Below, in pieces: positions 8,951 to 18,160 of a stretch of DNA of 64,000 bases (position 1 is the stretch's first letter; every line of letters begins with the position of its first letter). The stretch is from a virus. Location: the IMG/VR virus record IMGVR_UViG_3300042910_000038. One strand, 5' to 3'. The notes below the pieces were generated by a model. That model saw only the letters and a list, made by a program, of their open reading frames with translations, searched no databases and had not been told where the DNA came from. The position numbers and the translations under genes were made by a program.

Positions 8951-9079
8951 ATGGTGACACCAATAGATGTAAGCGCCATCATAAACATGATAGTTCCAAT
9001 AATCTTCCTAGTGCTCATCGTCAGCGTCCTAACAAGCCTCATTAAAGAGTTCAAAGGCATCGGGGCTACTGCAACCTAA
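8951..9079 (+). CDS. 42-aa hydrophobic coat-like protein 2 (paralogue of 8829)
   Basis: Manual ORF MVTPIDVSAIINMIVPIIFLVLIVSVLTSLIKEFKGIGATAT after GGGTGA RBS; differences from copy 1 are mostly synonymous or conservative. Confidence 0.8.
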   Translation: MVTPIDVSAIINMIVPIIFLVLIVSVLTSLIKEFKGIGATAT

Positions 9080-9218
9080 ACAGGCAAGCTTAAAACACCG
9101 TTAACAACTGCGGAGGCGACAAGATGAAGGCTTGCCCATTTTCTACTATATATCCTGATTGTCACTCCGCATATTATCCCCCTTCTTTTTCTGAATATAA
9201 CACGTCAGAGGGTGAAGT

Positions 9219-9791
9219 GTGCCCAGCATAGGCGTTAAATATTGGGGTACATATGTTAGGGTTCCGGACAATCATCAGGTTATTCCAGACCAGATTTACG
9301 AGTCCCGGGGTAGTTTTAACCAGCCTATCCCGGAGAACATAGCGTTGGGTTTACTTAAGGACTGGAGGGATAGACTTTACGTTACTCAGGGAATAGTTTC
9401 AAACTATATAGCGGTTGATGGGACAAACTTTGTGATTCAATGGAAAGTCCCTAAAAGCGCATTTAAAACGACAGCAACCGCCTCTGCAACTGAAACCGTG
9501 ACAGCCGTGATAGAATGGGGAGCGGTTATAGCAACAGTTTTGAAGATTGTTTTGGCAGCGGTTATCGCAGCGGGGATAGTTTACGGACTTTCAGCGCTGG
9601 CTGCCGTGATACATGAAACCGGACAAGTTTTAAGCATCCTTGGACCTGAAAACGTTTCAATGATAACAACTGTTTTGTTCATGTTCGCTTTCATGATGAT
9701 GTTTGGTCCATTTATTGAAACGATTGCTGAACTTCCTAAAAGGCTGATGCCTAAAAAGGAGAAGGAGAAGGAGGAGAAGGAGAAGGAATAG
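9219..9791 (+). CDS. Membrane protein with two C-terminal TM segments
   Basis: Hydrophobic segments then an E/K-rich tail. Confidence 0.6.
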   Translation: MPSIGVKYWGTYVRVPDNHQVIPDQIYESRGSFNQPIPENIALGLLKDWRDRLYVTQGIVSNYIAVDGTNFVIQWKVPKSAFKTTATASATETVTAVIEWGAVIATVLKIVLAAVIAAGIVYGLSALAAVIHETGQVLSILGPENVSMITTVLFMFAFMMMFGPFIETIAELPKRLMPKKEKEKEEKEKE

Positions 9792-9792
9792 T

Positions 9793-10359
9793 ATGGCTCA
9801 AGTTTATAAAGAAGAATGGCTTATGGTCGACCACCACGGCACTTTTGTCCTTTTCTTTGGCAGTGGCGTTGTTGCAGAACAGTCGTGGAGCTTCACCCAG
9901 ATAAACATTCAGAAAGCCATATTGAAGCTTAGAATTGAAAACGTTCCGCCTGCTGGTGTGGCAAGTCTTAAAATAGAGTACTTCGACACAAAAGACCTGA
10001 CATGGAAGGAAATGGGGTTTATTGAAAAGTGGCACGGCGGCTCAGCTTACAAAGAAGTCGATGTAACCGAGATTTGTAGGAATAACCCGTCAACCAAATG
10101 GCGTGCCATAGTTGACATTTTTTATCCATGGGTTTTTTTCTACACATGTCTGCATTCAAGGGCATTATTGTACCTAGAATATACCGGCGGGGCACCTCAA
10201 GTACAAGGAGTAACATCCGAAACGCCGTTTGGACCAGCAGAAATGGCTTCAGTCGCCCAAATGATGGATTTTATGATGCAGTTTATGATGATGTTTATGA
10301 TGATGAGCTTAGTGACCTCTATGATTAGCGCTATGGTTGGAGCCTTTGGAGGGAGTTAA
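9793..10359 (+). CDS. Beta-rich domain with Met-rich C-terminal helix
   Basis: Tail QMMDFMMQFMMMFMMMSLVTSMISAM. Confidence 0.65.
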   Translation: MAQVYKEEWLMVDHHGTFVLFFGSGVVAEQSWSFTQINIQKAILKLRIENVPPAGVASLKIEYFDTKDLTWKEMGFIEKWHGGSAYKEVDVTEICRNNPSTKWRAIVDIFYPWVFFYTCLHSRALLYLEYTGGAPQVQGVTSETPFGPAEMASVAQMMDFMMQFMMMFMMMSLVTSMISAMVGAFGGS

Positions 10360-10360
10360 A

Positions 10361-10486
10361 ATGCCCGAAGTTGAGTATGACCCTGTAACCCTAACCTTAA
10401 TAATCATCTACAACTCAATAATAATTGGAATGACTATAAAATGGCTAATTCCAGAAGTAAGAAAGCTAATTAAAGGGGGTGAATAG
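10361..10486 (+). CDS. 41-aa coat-like membrane peptide
   Basis: Manual ORF MPEVEYDPVTLTLIIIYNSIIIGMTIKWLIPEVRKLIKGGE. Confidence 0.65.
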   Translation: MPEVEYDPVTLTLIIIYNSIIIGMTIKWLIPEVRKLIKGGE

Positions 10487-10489
10487 AAA

Positions 10490-10930
10490 ATGGCGAAGGT
10501 TGAGATTAAGATAGTGGCTAAGCCAACTACAGACATCTACACTAGGTACCACGGCAAAGCAATAGACGTCGATTTACCGCTAGACTGGTATAAAGAAGGA
10601 ACTGCAAGCCCATACTACATTAAGACAAGCAAAGAGGCGTTTGAGCACACGCAAACGGTTGACCTAAGCCCAGGCAAGCACACTATACGATATTCAGCCG
10701 CGTCAACGGCTGATGGATACTATTGGGAAGCCGAGGTTTTCGTGAACGGTCAATCGTTAGGCGTTCAATCCGACCTATGGTACAAGAAACAGTATGTGGC
10801 TGAGTTTGAGGTTAAACCAACCCTTGAAGATACAATCTCAAGCTTCACGGGCACTTTTATGAGCATAATGATGCTGGTGCTAATCATAAGTCTGCTAACG
10901 GCAGTAATAAAGGGATTTAAAAAGAAGTGA
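10490..10930 (+). CDS. Beta-sandwich domain with coat-like C-terminal helix
   Basis: Tail MLVLIISLLTAVIKGFKKK matches LVLIISVLTSLLKEFK of 8829. Confidence 0.65.
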   Translation: MAKVEIKIVAKPTTDIYTRYHGKAIDVDLPLDWYKEGTASPYYIKTSKEAFEHTQTVDLSPGKHTIRYSAASTADGYYWEAEVFVNGQSLGVQSDLWYKKQYVAEFEVKPTLEDTISSFTGTFMSIMMLVLIISLLTAVIKGFKKK

Positions 10931-10936
10931 TTTAGA

Positions 10937-12394
10937 ATGACGATAGCCGAGCAGATTAAAAGAAGCCTAGACACCATAACCGACTGGGCAAGTTCATGGG
11001 AAATCGCCAACTTCGGAGTATGCTTCAACAAAGCACCATTAACAGTGTTCAACGATGTAATAACGAAATACGCAGATGCCGGAGACTGGCTTGGAGTAGC
11101 ATGCACAGCGAAAATAGCTGAGCTAAACCACTTTGAAACTCCGGTAATAATTCAGAAAATTCAAGATATGCTGACTAATGTCGGAATGTTCACTTCAGCC
11201 AAACTTCCCAAAAACGTTCCAGCAGATGCTGAAACACCCTTCTACGTCAAACAATACGTTATGCTTGAAGGCTACTACTGGTCTGAAAAATTAGATTTCC
11301 AGAAAGAGAAATGGGATGCAATATCGGCTTTTAACGCGTTACGTAGTCTAAGATGGAGTCAAGGCAAGCCATTTTACGCATGCAACATCGACACCGGAGC
11401 CGTTAAAAGGCTCTACAGCGGCGAGTGGACAGATTATGCTGCCTTGATGAACGTATGGCTGAAGTTCGGGAAGCCCGAGATTAGGAGAAGCGTAGTTGAA
11501 ATGGCTGAGGATGAATGGACAAGCTTTATGAGCAACTGTTGGCAAGCAGACCACTTCATAGATGCGCCGGAAAAGCCAAACTGGGAAATGCACGCTCCAG
11601 TAGTCCTAAGACAGCTCGTAAAGTTCCTACTCAGCGTCCCCTATCCAGCGGGGCAAATTAAAAGCGACGTGCACGTTAGGTACCTTAAAGACTTCTGGGA
11701 CTCACCACAATGGGGAGGCAAAAACGTAGTTGTAGAGCATAATCCAGACTCAATAAAAGAACGGTTAGATGGAACCTTTGGCGCAGTAGGATTGTTACAT
11801 ACCTTTTATAGGGCGCTTGACGACTTCGACAAGAACGCTTTCAGGCAAATGCTGACTGGTGAAAAAGCGCCTAAAATGGCGGATGCACTCCTTGGCTCAG
11901 CATTATTTGACTCAGCATCAAACCGTTTCAGAAACTCTCCAACAGATTCGGCAACAGACTACGCAACGTGCTTGGGCTGTGCAACACTTTTCTTGGAGGC
12001 AATATTGCCAAATACGGGAAGCTTGGCTGTGCCGTTGGCTTGCGAAGGGTTAGATGAATGGGGGATAGACTTCTTCAACTCCCACCACTTCGGCTTCAAC
12101 TATGATGCTAGAACCATTAAAGTGCCAGTTTATGCTGGTAAATTAAAATTCAACTTTGGAACACAAACCGTTGAAGAAAGCTTCCCATATGATGGTATAT
12201 ATACTGTAACGTTCAGTCAAGACTGGAACAGAATTTTAAGTAAAACTAAAGTGGCGGATTTAGATGCCGAATACATCATCCCACCCAAAACGCTAACCAC
12301 TGTTGAAGCGTTAACCTCATCCTTCGCCGTTATGCTTTTAGCTTTCCCATTATGGTTCTTCGGAAAAGAAATAGTAAAGTATGTTAGGAGGTAG
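10937..12394 (+). CDS. Large helical (possibly alpha/alpha-barrel-like) protein with C-terminal membrane helix
   Basis: Trp/Tyr-rich helical composition; tail SFAVMLLAFPLWFFGKEIVKYVRR. Confidence 0.55.
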   Translation: MTIAEQIKRSLDTITDWASSWEIANFGVCFNKAPLTVFNDVITKYADAGDWLGVACTAKIAELNHFETPVIIQKIQDMLTNVGMFTSAKLPKNVPADAETPFYVKQYVMLEGYYWSEKLDFQKEKWDAISAFNALRSLRWSQGKPFYACNIDTGAVKRLYSGEWTDYAALMNVWLKFGKPEIRRSVVEMAEDEWTSFMSNCWQADHFIDAPEKPNWEMHAPVVLRQLVKFLLSVPYPAGQIKSDVHVRYLKDFWDSPQWGGKNVVVEHNPDSIKERLDGTFGAVGLLHTFYRALDDFDKNAFRQMLTGEKAPKMADALLGSALFDSASNRFRNSPTDSATDYATCLGCATLFLEAILPNTGSLAVPLACEGLDEWGIDFFNSHHFGFNYDARTIKVPVYAGKLKFNFGTQTVEESFPYDGIYTVTFSQDWNRILSKTKVADLDAEYIIPPKTLTTVEALTSSFAVMLLAFPLWFFGKEIVKYVRR

Positions 12395-12397
12395 AAT

Positions 12398-14047
12398 ATG
12401 CCAACCCAAGCTGAAGTTAGACGCGCAATCATGTGGGCAGACAAATACCTAGATAGGCTTTTCAGAAAATTCACATGGTACAACCCAGACCTTGGAACAA
12501 CCAGAACCTACGCTGTTCTAGCCAGTCATCCGACTGTGCGAGTGGCAATCAAACTAAACAAACAAATACCCTTCGGTTCTAAAGGAGCTAATATGCGAGA
12601 CTACTGGCAAGCCGGTGACTACTTCATTGGCGGCGGAATCCAATGCGACCCAATTTTGACTCCAGGAATTACGGATGGCTTTTACTGCCAAGTTAAGACA
12701 AGGGAAGGTTCAACACCTGAAAGATGGCTAGGCGAATACGTTTTCCAGCTAAGCGGCGACTATGGACCGCCATGGGACTTCCATTACATTATGGGAGTTA
12801 TGCACGTTGAAGTCACATATGAGCCTGCCCCTGACGACGACACACGAATGCAACTTACTGTTGAAAGAGTGTGGACTGAAAAAAATTGGTATGATACAAC
12901 AGAGGAACCAAAAGTAGAAGTTGCGGTTTGCGTTAACGAAGAGCCAGTTATAACTGGAATTAAAGGGAAACCCAATGAGCCTGTCGAGTGGATTGTGAAC
13001 AAAACCATAAAGGTTCCCGAACCGTACGGCTGTTTCCCATCGGCTGAATACTCGTTCAAGAGTGATGTAAACTTCGCAGCCTACTACTACTGGTACGACC
13101 GCCCATCCCTAAGAACAGACAGAGCCATGCCAATCTTCACATTTCTAGACGACTTCGCCATGAAACCCCTTGCAATTGGAGTGTTATACAGGCTAACTGA
13201 TAACGAGCCTGACGACTGGACATGCAAAATTAAAGACATCTACTGGGACTGTCCATCCTACTGGTGGTACTCTCTCCCAGAGTATGTAGGCGGAGTCCTC
13301 GACAAACTTCCCAGCTTTTTAGGATTTTACCCTCACTTTAGTAGATGTTGCTACTGTAGACCTTTGTGTCAGGGAAACTTCACATGTTATCCGAGCGAAG
13401 GAAACATACATTGGGTTGCAAGCCGGGCAATTCATCTGATGAACAAATATGGCGACCCGACAAGAAAGGAAAATATTGGAGGCGTCGTAGCGGATTACGG
13501 CTGTTTAAACTCCGCTGAAGACTACCTACTAAACGGATACAAAGAATACGTTGACGGAAAATGCCATTGGCATCCAGGATTGCTGACCCGCTGGGAAATG
13601 GGGAAAGGCTTTCCGAGAGGCGAAGTTGACGGAGTAAAGGTTTACTCGCTTTCTCCGTTCCTCTTTGTAGCTGCAACAGAACTTGGCTACGGCTTCGGCT
13701 ACAGCCAAGCCAAAACAGTAGCCGACGATATGGCTGACATCCTAATTAAGGTTCAATGGGGATACCCGTTCACTCAGCCATGGTACGGTAGGATTCACGG
13801 CTATGGACTTGCCAAAAGACCAGACCACACCGGGGGCTTTATGCACACTTGGGCTTGGGAAGACGAATACCCTGCTTTTGCAGGGATTCCGAGAGCGTGG
13901 TACGAGTGGGTTTTCCACCTACTAGAAATGGAAGCACAGCCTCCAGAAGCATTGATGTCAACTCCAACATGGTCTGAATACACAAAACTGATTGCAAGAG
14001 CGTTACGTATTTATGACGCTTACAAGTTTAGGTTAGGAGGGAGCTAA
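12398..14047 (+). CDS. Paralogue family B copy 1 (candidate adhesin/receptor-binding protein)
   Basis: Conserved TQxExRRAIxxxDxYLDxL start, ELGYGFG..AK..AD..AD.L.K.QWGY and RALRIYxxYKxR end shared with 31485 and 43390. Confidence 0.65.
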   Translation: MPTQAEVRRAIMWADKYLDRLFRKFTWYNPDLGTTRTYAVLASHPTVRVAIKLNKQIPFGSKGANMRDYWQAGDYFIGGGIQCDPILTPGITDGFYCQVKTREGSTPERWLGEYVFQLSGDYGPPWDFHYIMGVMHVEVTYEPAPDDDTRMQLTVERVWTEKNWYDTTEEPKVEVAVCVNEEPVITGIKGKPNEPVEWIVNKTIKVPEPYGCFPSAEYSFKSDVNFAAYYYWYDRPSLRTDRAMPIFTFLDDFAMKPLAIGVLYRLTDNEPDDWTCKIKDIYWDCPSYWWYSLPEYVGGVLDKLPSFLGFYPHFSRCCYCRPLCQGNFTCYPSEGNIHWVASRAIHLMNKYGDPTRKENIGGVVADYGCLNSAEDYLLNGYKEYVDGKCHWHPGLLTRWEMGKGFPRGEVDGVKVYSLSPFLFVAATELGYGFGYSQAKTVADDMADILIKVQWGYPFTQPWYGRIHGYGLAKRPDHTGGFMHTWAWEDEYPAFAGIPRAWYEWVFHLLEMEAQPPEALMSTPTWSEYTKLIARALRIYDAYKFRLGGS

Positions 14048-14048
14048 A

Positions 14049-15023
14049 ATGCCGGATGCCGAAATACTTTCAATAAAAGTTAAAGACGAGACAACAGGCG
14101 TTGTATTCGACGTCTACCCGGGTGGGCAGAAGCCTTTCATAACTTGGACTCCGGACTGGTCTGCGAAATGGAAGTTTCAAGAGTTAACCGTTAGAAACAA
14201 CACAAGCAAATATGTAGTCATATACGTTCATATAGAGCGTGATGGCACTACGCTTAGCATTCTCTCCGGTGGTTTTTCTCTAGGAGAAACGAAGGACTTC
14301 GCACCAAGTATGGCGGCAGTTCCCGCTTATTATGCTCCTCCAACGAGCTACAAGGTGTGGACGGAGATTGGCGGGGTTAAATCCCACGAGGTTCCTTTCA
14401 CTCTAGGTGAAGGCAACTTTGTTAAAACCATACCTTTCCATCCTAATGCTTGGATAGAATACACAACAACAGGGCTTCTTTCAGACAAAATCCCCGGCTG
14501 GCTAATATACTCCCACGGGGCAACAGCAACGCTGACAGTTAAGCTTGGCTGGGTTAAACTTGGCGGCGTCGAATATAAAGGATGGGGCGGAGCATGGCTT
14601 ATAGACGGGGCTTTAAAGCCAAACCCGGTAACTCTGACAGTTGACCACAACGTCACAGCACAATCATTGCCAGGAGCATTCTCGCCGTTCCTACCGCTTG
14701 AAGATATAAACCTAGACGGAAAGATAGATGCCAAAGACCTTGCTTTGGTTTGTCGCGCTTGGGGTTCCAAAGTTGGCGACCCGAGGTATGACCCTCTGGT
14801 TGATTTTAATGGAGATGGGCAAATAGACGCGAAGGATTTGGGCTTAGTTTGCAGAGAATTTGGAAAGGTAAATGAGTCACCGCCTCGTGCGACAACGCTT
14901 TACGAGGCTAGGGCTGCGGTTAGCGCTATGACCTCGCAGGCTATGGCTGGAGCCGCTGCCACCGCAGCCGGCATCATTTTAACTGAAACTGCTAGGAAAA
15001 TCATGCGTGAGGTGAAGAAGTGA
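14049..15023 (+). CDS. Dockerin-domain protein with C-terminal helix
   Basis: EDINLDGKIDAKDLALVCRAWG...VDFNGDGQIDAKDLGLVCREFG (duplicated Ca-loop). Confidence 0.85.
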   Translation: MPDAEILSIKVKDETTGVVFDVYPGGQKPFITWTPDWSAKWKFQELTVRNNTSKYVVIYVHIERDGTTLSILSGGFSLGETKDFAPSMAAVPAYYAPPTSYKVWTEIGGVKSHEVPFTLGEGNFVKTIPFHPNAWIEYTTTGLLSDKIPGWLIYSHGATATLTVKLGWVKLGGVEYKGWGGAWLIDGALKPNPVTLTVDHNVTAQSLPGAFSPFLPLEDINLDGKIDAKDLALVCRAWGSKVGDPRYDPLVDFNGDGQIDAKDLGLVCREFGKVNESPPRATTLYEARAAVSAMTSQAMAGAAATAAGIILTETARKIMREVKK

Positions 15024-15577
15024 TGGTTTGGCTTCCGCCTCGAGAAGTAACCGTTGGAGAGGTTCTGCCGTCCGAATATTTGACGGTTCAACCTGCTGAC
15101 GGCGCTAAACCCGCTTCAATAGTTGACTCGATGCCTGACCCGTTAACTGTTGAAATCAAAGCGCAGAACATTATGCTTCTGGAAATGGATATACCTGTGT
15201 ATCTTGAAAACCGTGGCTTCTCAAAGTCTCAAGTTGCGGCGTACGTATCTAACGTCTCAATGAGTGCAAGACAGTTCAAGTTCCATTTAGATGTTCAACC
15301 GCCGTTCTTCTTAACAGCGCATTTGCCTAAACAGTGGAGGGTTAGGAGCGCAACTGTTGACGGGAAAACTCCGGAGCTTTACGCCTACGACCCAGACGCA
15401 AACACAGTTTTTGTGGGGATAACTGAAACTTCTTCTCCGGTTGACGTCGTTCTCCAGCTTGAGCCAACGATGGAGTCGATTACAAACGCTGTTGTAGGAG
15501 TCTTCGCCATAATAATCATTGTACCATTCATTAAAGCCGTAATCAAAGAGGCTATCGAAGCTTTCAGGAAGCGCTAA
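15020..15577 (+). CDS. Beta-rich domain with coat-like C-terminal helix
   Basis: Tail TMESITNAVVGVFAIIIIVPFIKAVIKEAIEAFRKR. Confidence 0.65.
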   Translation: MMVWLPPREVTVGEVLPSEYLTVQPADGAKPASIVDSMPDPLTVEIKAQNIMLLEMDIPVYLENRGFSKSQVAAYVSNVSMSARQFKFHLDVQPPFFLTAHLPKQWRVRSATVDGKTPELYAYDPDANTVFVGITETSSPVDVVLQLEPTMESITNAVVGVFAIIIIVPFIKAVIKEAIEAFRKR

Positions 15578-15583
15578 AATAGA

Positions 15584-16207
15584 ATGCCTGCTGAAACAAG
15601 GTTTCTCAGAGCCGATGCCCACACAGTTAACGGTTTAACAGCATACAAGTTTGGGAAGGAGCCAAGCGTAGCTTCAGACTCTTTAGGAATAAGCGTCTAT
15701 TTGGCTGAAACTTATGCAGACCAGTACTTGGCGGTGGAAGTTTGCAGGAGAAGCAAGGACGGGAAAGAAACGTCGATAAGCGGAGGCTTAATTGGCGAAG
15801 TTAAGGGAAACGACACGGGGCTTTTAACTGCTAAATGGAAGTGTCCAAAGGTTGATTTAGCCCCAGCAGACGCAATTGTTCTACACGTTTACGGCGGAAC
15901 ATCTTCACCGCCAAGCAATCTTTTAGCATCCTTCATAACTGAGCCTTTAGGCGCTAAAAGCCTCGATGAGGCTGAATGGACAATAAACCTCATGCTTGAA
16001 AGGAAATATGAGGTTGTAGACTCCCAGCCAATAACAACATACAGCCTACTAATAGGCTCAACATCCTACATTGAAAACTTCACGTGGACTCCATACGTTT
16101 TAGTAGCCGAATTTATACCACAGGCTGTTCAGTTAATCAGCGCAATGCTTGTCCTCATCTTCATAGTTTCATTATTGAAGCAAGTTGTTAGAAGCTTGAG
16201 GAGATAG
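15584..16207 (+). CDS. Paralogue family C (with 23075) plus coat-like C-terminal helix
   Basis: MPAETRFLRADAHTVNGLTAY vs MPTETRYMRSDQQTINGLTAY; both contain ENFTWTPY. Confidence 0.65.
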   Translation: MPAETRFLRADAHTVNGLTAYKFGKEPSVASDSLGISVYLAETYADQYLAVEVCRRSKDGKETSISGGLIGEVKGNDTGLLTAKWKCPKVDLAPADAIVLHVYGGTSSPPSNLLASFITEPLGAKSLDEAEWTINLMLERKYEVVDSQPITTYSLLIGSTSYIENFTWTPYVLVAEFIPQAVQLISAMLVLIFIVSLLKQVVRSLRR

Positions 16208-16209
16208 AC

Positions 16210-17367
16210 TTGCAGTATGAGTTCACTGTTCCGGCTCACCACGTTTTTCTCGTTAAAACTGGAACTTACACGTATGATGTTTATTATCCTAAACAGTTAA
16301 ACAACGGGATAACCAATTACGTTTGTAGGGAATTCGCAAAACGCACGGTAGACTTCAAAACCGACCCGCCGGAATGGAAAGAAGAAAAAACAATTGATGT
16401 GGCTTCTCCAAGCGGTTTTGCAAACCCCGTTCTGCCATACAAGAACATTCTAGGCTATGACTTTTACAGGAAGCGAATCCTTTTTGTTCTAGGGGAATGG
16501 GATGGAAAATCGTGGCTTTTTCAGGGGACAAGGGCTAAACTTTTAGCCGTAGACCTAGGCTTCTCCAAGGCTGAGGTTCTAAACGACGACCTTTTCACGT
16601 TGGCACAAGAAGCTGTTCCGGAAGCTACACATATTAAGGGGTATGCAAACTTCGGCGGCTACGGTGGTAAACTGGTTGGCATACTTGCCGTATATTCCAA
16701 TGCAGAGGAAAGGTCTGTTGCTCTGGTTTTTGACGGTTCAAGCTGGTATGCTGTTAGAGCCAACACTAGACGGGATACAGTGCAGGAAGGAGTTGTCCCA
16801 ATATGGGATACCAAGGACAATTTTATAGGCTGGCTTACGGAAGGTCACAGCGATAACAGCCACTTCATAAGGATAAGTGACCTACAAGTTATACCCTGCT
16901 ACCCGCCGTTCTCAACAACAAGCGAGCCAGCCTACGACATGATAAACCACAAAATAGTTTGGACGGAGTGGGGGGCAGGCGAGGCAATATCCCAGAGAAT
17001 ATACGTTTCAGACCCAGACCCGACAAACGGATGCATAAACTTCAGAAATGCAACTCCATACGGAACAGTAAAGGATAATGAAGGAAACACCATAAACTTG
17101 ACGATAATGAGCAAGTATGCCCCAAGCATATTCCAAAACGGAGCCAACAAATGGCTTGTTATAGGGGCTTTCAGAGGCGGCATCCCAGAAGGGTTCCACA
17201 GAGTTTTCAAAGTCGATTTGGAAAGCTATTCAGATGCAAGCAAGTGGGACTTAATTAAAGACCCGTCTGGAAACGATAAGCTTGTTAAGGGAATGGTCAC
17301 ATGCATAAGCACCGATGGGAAACCTTTACCGGCTCCAATGTTCCCAGTCACTCCGTCTAGAGGTTGA
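16210..17367 (+). CDS. Hypothetical beta-rich protein
   Basis: 385-aa ORF in operon, no anchor or recognisable motif. Confidence 0.55.
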   Translation: MQYEFTVPAHHVFLVKTGTYTYDVYYPKQLNNGITNYVCREFAKRTVDFKTDPPEWKEEKTIDVASPSGFANPVLPYKNILGYDFYRKRILFVLGEWDGKSWLFQGTRAKLLAVDLGFSKAEVLNDDLFTLAQEAVPEATHIKGYANFGGYGGKLVGILAVYSNAEERSVALVFDGSSWYAVRANTRRDTVQEGVVPIWDTKDNFIGWLTEGHSDNSHFIRISDLQVIPCYPPFSTTSEPAYDMINHKIVWTEWGAGEAISQRIYVSDPDPTNGCINFRNATPYGTVKDNEGNTINLTIMSKYAPSIFQNGANKWLVIGAFRGGIPEGFHRVFKVDLESYSDASKWDLIKDPSGNDKLVKGMVTCISTDGKPLPAPMFPVTPSRG

Positions 17368-17371
17368 GAGT

Positions 17372-17545
17372 ATGTCTGAAAAGCCTATTGAAGCCAAAGT
17401 GCTTTACAACACGTTGAAAACTCCGCTACAAATAGCCATAGAAGAAATCGTAATACTTGCAGGCGGCGTGATTGCCATAATCTCGCTTTCTCCATTGCTG
17501 AAAAGCTTAATTAAAAGCTTGGTTGAAAAGGTTCATGGCGAATAA
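17372..17545 (+). CDS. 57-aa coat-like membrane peptide
   Basis: Start reassigned to ATG 17372; IEEIVILAGGVIAIISLSPLLKSLIKSLVEK. Confidence 0.6.
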   Translation: MSEKPIEAKVLYNTLKTPLQIAIEEIVILAGGVIAIISLSPLLKSLIKSLVEKVHGE

Positions 17546-17547
17546 GC

Positions 17548-17676
17548 ATGGCTGAAACACCATACTATTATCCGATTCCATCCCCATTAATAGAATCGAT
17601 TACAGCTCTAGCCTTGCTTATGATACTTTTAAGTCTAACGTCAAGTATCGTGAGGACACTTAAATATGGAGGCTGA
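17548..17676 (+). CDS. 42-aa coat-like membrane peptide
   Basis: Manual ORF MAETPYYYPIPSPLIESITALALLMILLSLTSSIVRTLKYGG. Confidence 0.65.
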   Translation: MAETPYYYPIPSPLIESITALALLMILLSLTSSIVRTLKYGG

Positions 17677-18145
17677 CAGCCCAGAATTATCGCTTATGCT
17701 TTCAGCAGTTAATCTCATTTTGCTTGCCTACATGATGCAGTGGCTCCAGCAGAACCTATCATCTCTTCACACTAGGGCGACGCAGATAGAAGAGCTTCAG
17801 AAAGACCTTAAGCTTAAGCCTCTAAAAAGTGGGGTCTTAACGGCAACAGGTGGAGAAGACGTCGTTCTAGAATACGCGGACAGCGAGCCTTTCAAAATTC
17901 AGGGCTGGATAAACCTGAAAAACATGGCAACCGGAGATGTTGTAGTAGTTACGCAAAGCTTCACCCTGCAAAGCGACACGGAACCATCAATATTCGCAAG
18001 GAGAACATACAAAGACGCGCAATCCCAACCTCTAATCCACATAACTCCAAGGGAAATCTTGAAAAGTGTAAAAATAACGCTTCAGCAGACAGGCGGAACC
18101 CTTAAACAGTATCCGTTTGAATTTTATATTGGAAGAACAAGTTAA
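17666..18145 (+). CDS. N-terminal helix plus family A domain
   Basis: EPFKIQGWINLKNMATGD...QQTGG. Confidence 0.65.
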   Translation: MEADSPELSLMLSAVNLILLAYMMQWLQQNLSSLHTRATQIEELQKDLKLKPLKSGVLTATGGEDVVLEYADSEPFKIQGWINLKNMATGDVVVVTQSFTLQSDTEPSIFARRTYKDAQSQPLIHITPREILKSVKITLQQTGGTLKQYPFEFYIGRTS

Positions 18146-18160
18146 AGGAGGCTGGTTAAA

